59,724 bases of DNA, from IMG/VR virus record IMGVR_UViG_3300037873_000022, positions 1-59,724 of that record; one strand, given 5' to 3'. The notes under the pieces were generated by a model. That model was not told where the DNA came from. It was given only the letters and a program-made list of their open reading frames with translations, and did no database searches. Of the stretch, positions 55,257-59,724 are shown piece after piece. A program made the position numbers and the translations under genes. This DNA is from a virus. Lineage: Duplodnaviria; Caudoviricetes. The number at the start of each line of letters is the position of its first letter. Positions within the stretch are counted from its first letter, which is position 1.

Positions 55257-57968
55257 TCACATGACCCCCGATCGTTCCAGGGTCCGGATCAGCTCATCCT
55301 CAGACCAGTGGTTGTCGAGCGCCTGCAAGTTCAGGTTCTCGATGTGTACCGGCGGCCGGGGGTCGGCTGCCGAGGCCCCGTCGCTGCCGGCGGGCCGGCC
55401 GCCAGTGAAGAACGACTCAGGGACCATCGACCCGTCCTCGGCCCGGACCATCCGGATCTCCTCCCCTGCCGCCCTGACCTGATCGGTGATCGCCCGGAGC
55501 TGGCGGTCCAGGTTGTCACGCTCGTCTTGCAGCCCGGCCTGGAGCCCCAGCATGATCCACCGGCCCGGGTCGCGTAGCAGCCCGCGGTCTACAGCCTCGG
55601 GCCCCTTCAGCTCCCGGATACGGTCGCCGAGCCCGCCCAACCAGTTCTCCACGTCGCCCCAGATCTCCCGGAGCCCGTTCCACAGGCCAGACATGATGTT
55701 CCGTCCAGCTTGGACCAGCCAGTCCCTGGCGTTGCTGAAGAACCCGACCAGACCGTTTCGGATGTTGCTGAGCTGCTGTCCCGACCGCTCCCGCCAGGTG
55801 TTCCACAGAGCAGAGATCAGCGACCCGATGAGCCGCGTACCAGCCTGCCCCATCCGGGGGATAGCGCTCAGCAGCGCCAGCGTCATAGCCGGGATGATCT
55901 GGGTATAGAACGCCTGAACCAGCTGAGGTAGCGCCTTGAGCAGGCCATCGGTGAGGGCGCCCAGGATCAAGATCCCAGCGTCGATGATCTCTGGCAGGTT
56001 CTCCTCAATGACCACGGTCATCAATGGGATCAGGGTCTCAGTGATGAACTCGGTGATCATCTCGATGTTGTCGACCCACGCCTGGACCAGGGTCAAGATC
56101 ACGTTTACAGCCGAGTCGATGATCTCCGGGTTGTCCCGCAACAGCTCGGTGATAGCCGGCACTACCTCCTCAGTGATGACGGTGGCGATCTCCTCGATCG
56201 ACTCGGCCATGCCGGTAGCGAACTCGCTCAGGAACTGGACCCCCTGCTCCAGGGCCTGGGGCAGCTCGTTCTGGACCGCATCGATGAAGGCCGGGATCAC
56301 CTCGTTGCGAACGATGTCGATCATGTCTGGGATGGACTCCACCAGACCCTGGATCAAGGCTATGAGGATCTGCTGGCCCAGCGTCAGGAGCTGGGGCAGG
56401 AGCTGGATCACCGCGACCAGAATCACCGGGACCAGACCGAGGATCGCGGCCTGGAGCTGGGGCAGCGCCTCGATGATCCCGGTCACCAGCCCGACCAGTA
56501 GCTGAATCCCCGCATCGAGCAGGTCGGGCAGAGCCTGGACCAGGGTGGTCAGCAACGTCGCGATGATCGAGACAGCGGCATCGAGCACCATGGGGAGGGA
56601 AGATAGAATCCCATCGATCAGGCCGGTGACCAGCATGATCGCGCCTTCCAGCACCAGCGGCGCCGCGCCGATCAGGGTCTCCACAATGGCCTGAATCATG
56701 CCTACCACCGCTTCGATCACCTGGGGGATGATCTCCGGCAGGGCCTCAGCAACTGTCGATATGACCGTCAGGACCGCGTTAAAGAACGCCTCTCGCGCCT
56801 CCAGGATGAAATCGATGATTCCATCTATGTTGTCGGTGATGAAACCCAGAACGGACTCAAACGTGCTCTGGATGGAGCCGAGCAGGTCACCGCCCGAGAA
56901 AACATCCTGGACAGCCCGGAAGGCGCCGGCCAGCCCGTCCTCGCTGAAAGCCTCGATCACGTCCCCGATCACGGGGAGGATCGTGTCATTCAGCATCGGG
57001 AACAACCGGTCCACAAAGAACTCCATGACCGGCTCACCCGCGTCGAACAGGAACGCGCGCATCCGGGTCTTCACCTGGTCCCAGGAGTCCGAGAACTGCA
57101 CCGCCAGGTCGATCTGCTCCTGGGTCGCGCGCCCGGCGTCGTCCATGACCGCCGTGGCGTCCTCCAGGGTGAGGGACCCGTCACGAAGCGCGGGCGTGAG
57201 CTGGACAGCTGCCCGACCAAAGATGTCGTAGGCGGCGGCGGTTTGGGCGGCCGGGTCCTGGATGTCTTTCAGAGCCTGGATACTGTCGCGGAAGACCTCC
57301 TCACTGGATCGAAGGTTGCCATCAGCGTCGGTGACCGAGACCCCAAGGTTCTCGAACGCATCACGGGCCGGGCCAGCTTCCGAACCCGCCTCACCGATCG
57401 AGCGCGACAGTCGCTCCATGGTCCGGTCCAGAGTGCCGGCCTCGATGCCGTTCTGGGAAGCCCAGAACCGGAGGTCCTGAAGGAAGTCGGTAGTCGTTCC
57501 GATCCGGGCTGAGGTCTTGTCCAGGTCATCCCCGAGCCCGGCCACCGTGAAGCCGAGCGCGGTCACTCCGGCGCCGGCAGCAGCCACAACAGCGGTGACT
57601 CCCAGGATCGCCCCGGTCATCACCTCGGCCGCACCCTCCATGGCGGTGCTCGACCGGTCGGCACTCTCCTCGAAGTCGGATGCGATCGACTCGGCGGACT
57701 CCTGGGCGGCCTGCTCCGGCTCGGTGAAGTCGCCCTCTACCTCGCCCAGCGAATCGGATGCCCCCTCGGCCCCCTCCTCAAACTCACCCGCGATCGTGTC
57801 CGAGGCTTCCTGGGCTGAGCCCTCGGCCTCGGTGAAGTCGCCGGTCACCTCGACCGGTTGTACGTCGATCCCGCTGAGGATCGAGTCCAGCTCGTCCTGT
57901 ACGTCGGACGCGAAGCTGGACACATCGCCGGTGACCTGCACTCGGGCGGAACCTACCGGCGATGTCAT
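55257..57968 (-). CDS. Tape measure protein
   Basis: About 900 aa, helical, with periodic Pro/aliphatic repeats; likely start ATG 57968. Confidence 0.9.
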   Translation of the reverse strand: MTSPVGSARVQVTGDVSSFASDVQDELDSILSGIDVQPVEVTGDFTEAEGSAQEASDTIAGEFEEGAEGASDSLGEVEGDFTEPEQAAQESAESIASDFEESADRSSTAMEGAAEVMTGAILGVTAVVAAAGAGVTALGFTVAGLGDDLDKTSARIGTTTDFLQDLRFWASQNGIEAGTLDRTMERLSRSIGEAGSEAGPARDAFENLGVSVTDADGNLRSSEEVFRDSIQALKDIQDPAAQTAAAYDIFGRAAVQLTPALRDGSLTLEDATAVMDDAGRATQEQIDLAVQFSDSWDQVKTRMRAFLFDAGEPVMEFFVDRLFPMLNDTILPVIGDVIEAFSEDGLAGAFRAVQDVFSGGDLLGSIQSTFESVLGFITDNIDGIIDFILEAREAFFNAVLTVISTVAEALPEIIPQVIEAVVGMIQAIVETLIGAAPLVLEGAIMLVTGLIDGILSSLPMVLDAAVSIIATLLTTLVQALPDLLDAGIQLLVGLVTGIIEALPQLQAAILGLVPVILVAVIQLLPQLLTLGQQILIALIQGLVESIPDMIDIVRNEVIPAFIDAVQNELPQALEQGVQFLSEFATGMAESIEEIATVITEEVVPAITELLRDNPEIIDSAVNVILTLVQAWVDNIEMITEFITETLIPLMTVVIEENLPEIIDAGILILGALTDGLLKALPQLVQAFYTQIIPAMTLALLSAIPRMGQAGTRLIGSLISALWNTWRERSGQQLSNIRNGLVGFFSNARDWLVQAGRNIMSGLWNGLREIWGDVENWLGGLGDRIRELKGPEAVDRGLLRDPGRWIMLGLQAGLQDERDNLDRQLRAITDQVRAAGEEIRMVRAEDGSMVPESFFTGGRPAGSDGASAADPRPPVHIENLNLQALDNHWSEDELIRTLERSGVM

Positions 57969-57983
57969 AGACCCAGCGTACGG

Positions 57984-58011
57984 TGTCACCCTAGCTGCCG
58001 ACAGGGTGGCA
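57984..58011. promoter_or_regulatory. TGTCACCCT-N10-AGGGTGGCA palindrome between divergent tape-measure and HTH genes
   Basis: Flanked by -10-like TACGCT (minus) and TAGGCT (plus), each 6 nt before a start codon. Confidence 0.65.
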
Positions 58012-58030
58012 TTTCGCGTAGGCTGGCCAG

Positions 58031-58504
58031 GTGGACATCTCCCAAGCCCAGGTGTCGAACCTCGGGGACGAGGTAGTCCTCACCGACCCCGAATGGCCGT
58101 GGACGCTGCAGGTCCGGATAGGGGAGGTGGAAGGCCGGCCAGCGATCACCGAGCTGACCGTGACCGCGCGTGAGCTGGAGGCTGGAGCCACGGTGGGTGG
58201 GGGCACGTACCAGCTCCCGATCACGGCAGCCGTGCTGGACCAGATCCCCCTACGCCAGCTCGCCCGGGTAGCCGCCAGCACGATGGCCGGTGAGGGGGAG
58301 GCCCACTACCGGATGTTGGCTCGCCCGCGCCCCCAGGGCTCCCGTAGCTGGCCGGCAGACCACTTCCAGCGGGTGGTCAGGGTGGCAGCCTGGGCGCGCT
58401 CTACCGGCCGGACCGGGGGCGCTGCCGGGGCTGTTGCCGAGTTCTGGGGCGTGCACCCCCGGACTGCCCGGCGGTGGCTTTCACGGGTACCGGGGCGGGC
58501 TTAG
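58031..58504 (+). CDS. DUF6214-like protein with C-terminal HTH (candidate regulator)
   Basis: GRPAITEL, PITAAVLDQIPL, AVAEFWGVHPRTARRWL. Confidence 0.7.
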   Translation: MDISQAQVSNLGDEVVLTDPEWPWTLQVRIGEVEGRPAITELTVTARELEAGATVGGGTYQLPITAAVLDQIPLRQLARVAASTMAGEGEAHYRMLARPRPQGSRSWPADHFQRVVRVAAWARSTGRTGGAAGAVAEFWGVHPRTARRWLSRVPGRA

Positions 58505-59036
58505 GTCCGGCCATCTCCTCGAACTGGGCCATAGCCCGGTCCCGGTTCGGCCGGCGCCGGAGCCGGGGGCCGGTATCACCAGCCGGCGCATCCTCGTTGT
58601 CCAAGAGCGCCCGGAACTTCTCCTGGCCTTCAGGCTTCAGGTGTGCCAGGACGGTGGAGTGGATGGCGTCCAGCGCGGCGCCCAGGGGGATCTCGTCCCA
58701 CCGCACGCCGAGCCGAGCCAGCTCCCCGCCCACCACGGCCCACTCCATGTGAGCTACCCGGGCCAGAGTCAGGGCCTGGTGGACCGACCGGCCGGCCACC
58801 TGCTCCACGGCCATGGTGACCGAGGCGGACAGGTCCGCGGGCTCAGCCTGGCCGGACAGGATCATCTCGTCCAGGGGGTCCGGGTCCTCGATCAAGTCCA
58901 GGACCGCGCTGATCTCCCCCTCCATGAGCAGGGGGAGCCAGTCCGCGGCCGGTAGGGGCGGGATCTCGAAGGTCCGGCCCGCGAGGTTCAGCTCCACCGC
59001 CCAAACCCGCATCGAAGCGGCCGGGTCGGTGGTCAT
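58401..59036 (-). CDS. Putative tail assembly chaperone (pre-tape-measure)
   Basis: Position; W..VGGELARLGV....PL.A.LD pattern. Confidence 0.6.
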   Translation of the reverse strand: MTTDPAASMRVWAVELNLAGRTFEIPPLPAADWLPLLMEGEISAVLDLIEDPDPLDEMILSGQAEPADLSASVTMAVEQVAGRSVHQALTLARVAHMEWAVVGGELARLGVRWDEIPLGAALDAIHSTVLAHLKPEGQEKFRALLDNEDAPAGDTGPRLRRRPNRDRAMAQFEEMAGPKPAPVPVKATAGQSGGARPRTRQQPRQRPRSGR

Positions 59037-59038
59037 GG

Positions 59039-59395
59039 TCAGTCGGTCCGGGAAGGGTGGTCAGCGAACAGCGGCGGGTTGACCACGGTGGCCGGCCGCG
59101 GGACCGAGCCGGCGCGGCCCTGGTCCGCCTTGATGCCGGCCCGGACCGCGCTGTCCTTGGCCGAGATCAACCCGTTGAGCGCGGTGGTCAGCTCGGGGGA
59201 GTCCACCCGGATCAGGTCGATGAGATCCGTGGCCGCGTGGTAGAAGGGGGACGAATACTGGCGCAGCACCAGGGGGAGGTGGGAGTACGTAAGCCACTGG
59301 AGCGCGTCCTGGACCCCCGGATGGCGGCCGGCGGTCAGGGACTCCGCGTGCTCCCTGGTCCCCAGGTCATGATCGTGCGGTGCGGGCTGAGTCAT
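59039..59395 (-). CDS. Small helical protein, YxHLP...AKDxAVRA family
   Basis: WLTYSHLP..L...SSPF...A.......SPELTTAL..L..AKDSAVRA. Confidence 0.7.
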   Translation of the reverse strand: MTQPAPHDHDLGTREHAESLTAGRHPGVQDALQWLTYSHLPLVLRQYSSPFYHAATDLIDLIRVDSPELTTALNGLISAKDSAVRAGIKADQGRAGSVPRPATVVNPPLFADHPSRTD

Positions 59396-59724
59396 GATGT
59401 CGCCTTCCTGGTGGTCTTCTTGGCAGGGGTGGTCTTGGCCGGTGCCTTGCGGCGCGCGGGGGCCTTCTTGGTGGCAGCCCGGCGTCCGGCGCGGTTGCTG
59501 AAGGCGGCAGTGGCCTCTAACAGGATGTTGCTGGCCTCCTTGAGCCCGAGCCGGCCGGCCAGCATCTCGTCGTCAAGCCAGTCGATGTCGGCCGAGTTGA
59601 CCAGCACCGTGTCAATGATCTTGCGGACCCGCTCCAGCGCGTCCATGACTTCTTTCCCAGTCCAGTCACGGAGGTCACTGGTTTCCAACCGATGCATGAT
59701 CCGGCGCCACACCAGGATCTGCTC
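59392..59724 (-). CDS. 3' part of putative tail assembly chaperone (starts at 217 across the junction)
   Basis: In frame with ATG 217; Lys/Ala-rich tail. Confidence 0.65.
   Translation of the reverse strand, partial: EQILVWRRIMHRLETSDLRDWTGKEVMDALERVRKIIDTVLVNSADIDWLDDEMLAGRLGLKEASNILLEATAAFSNRAGRRAATKKAPARRKAPAKTTPAKKTTRKATS

Noticed and set aside
59598-59724. Terminal direct repeat as a physical genome end
   Set aside because: It is exactly 127 bp and falls mid-gene, typical of a k-mer overlap from circular assembly.

Overview
The window is an apparently complete, circularly permuted genome of a high-GC actinobacterial siphovirus, 59,597 bp unique (bases 1-127 are repeated exactly at 59598-59724, an assembly overlap). 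No integrase, repressor or partition gene is recognisable, so it is probably lytic. Most genes are on the minus strand: terminase, lysis, portal, MuF-like head protein, protease, two capsid proteins, tail genes, a glycosyl/methyl/sulfotransferase cassette, a YqaJ/RuvC/SF2-helicase block, and one 1459-aa primase-helicase-PolA fusion. The most striking signal is a 270-aa intein in the MuF-like protein (10506-11315). Its endonuclease slot carries no recognisable sense-strand domain. Instead, the opposite strand, fully nested in the intein, encodes an HTH plus DUF559/Vsr-like nuclease (10569-11303), a candidate antisense-encoded homing endonuclease. Other notable items: about 15 near-identical sigma70-type promoters, six with a CRP-type TGTGA-N6-TCACA box at a fixed spacing; a TGYC-N20-GRCA palindrome at late-gene starts; a tRNA-like RNA missing its anticodon loop; a duplicated ori-like element buried in the replicase ORF; a PhoD-like domain fused to a tail hub protein; and a sortase-anchored ComEA-like protein. 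All family assignments are from motif recognition by eye, with no database searches.
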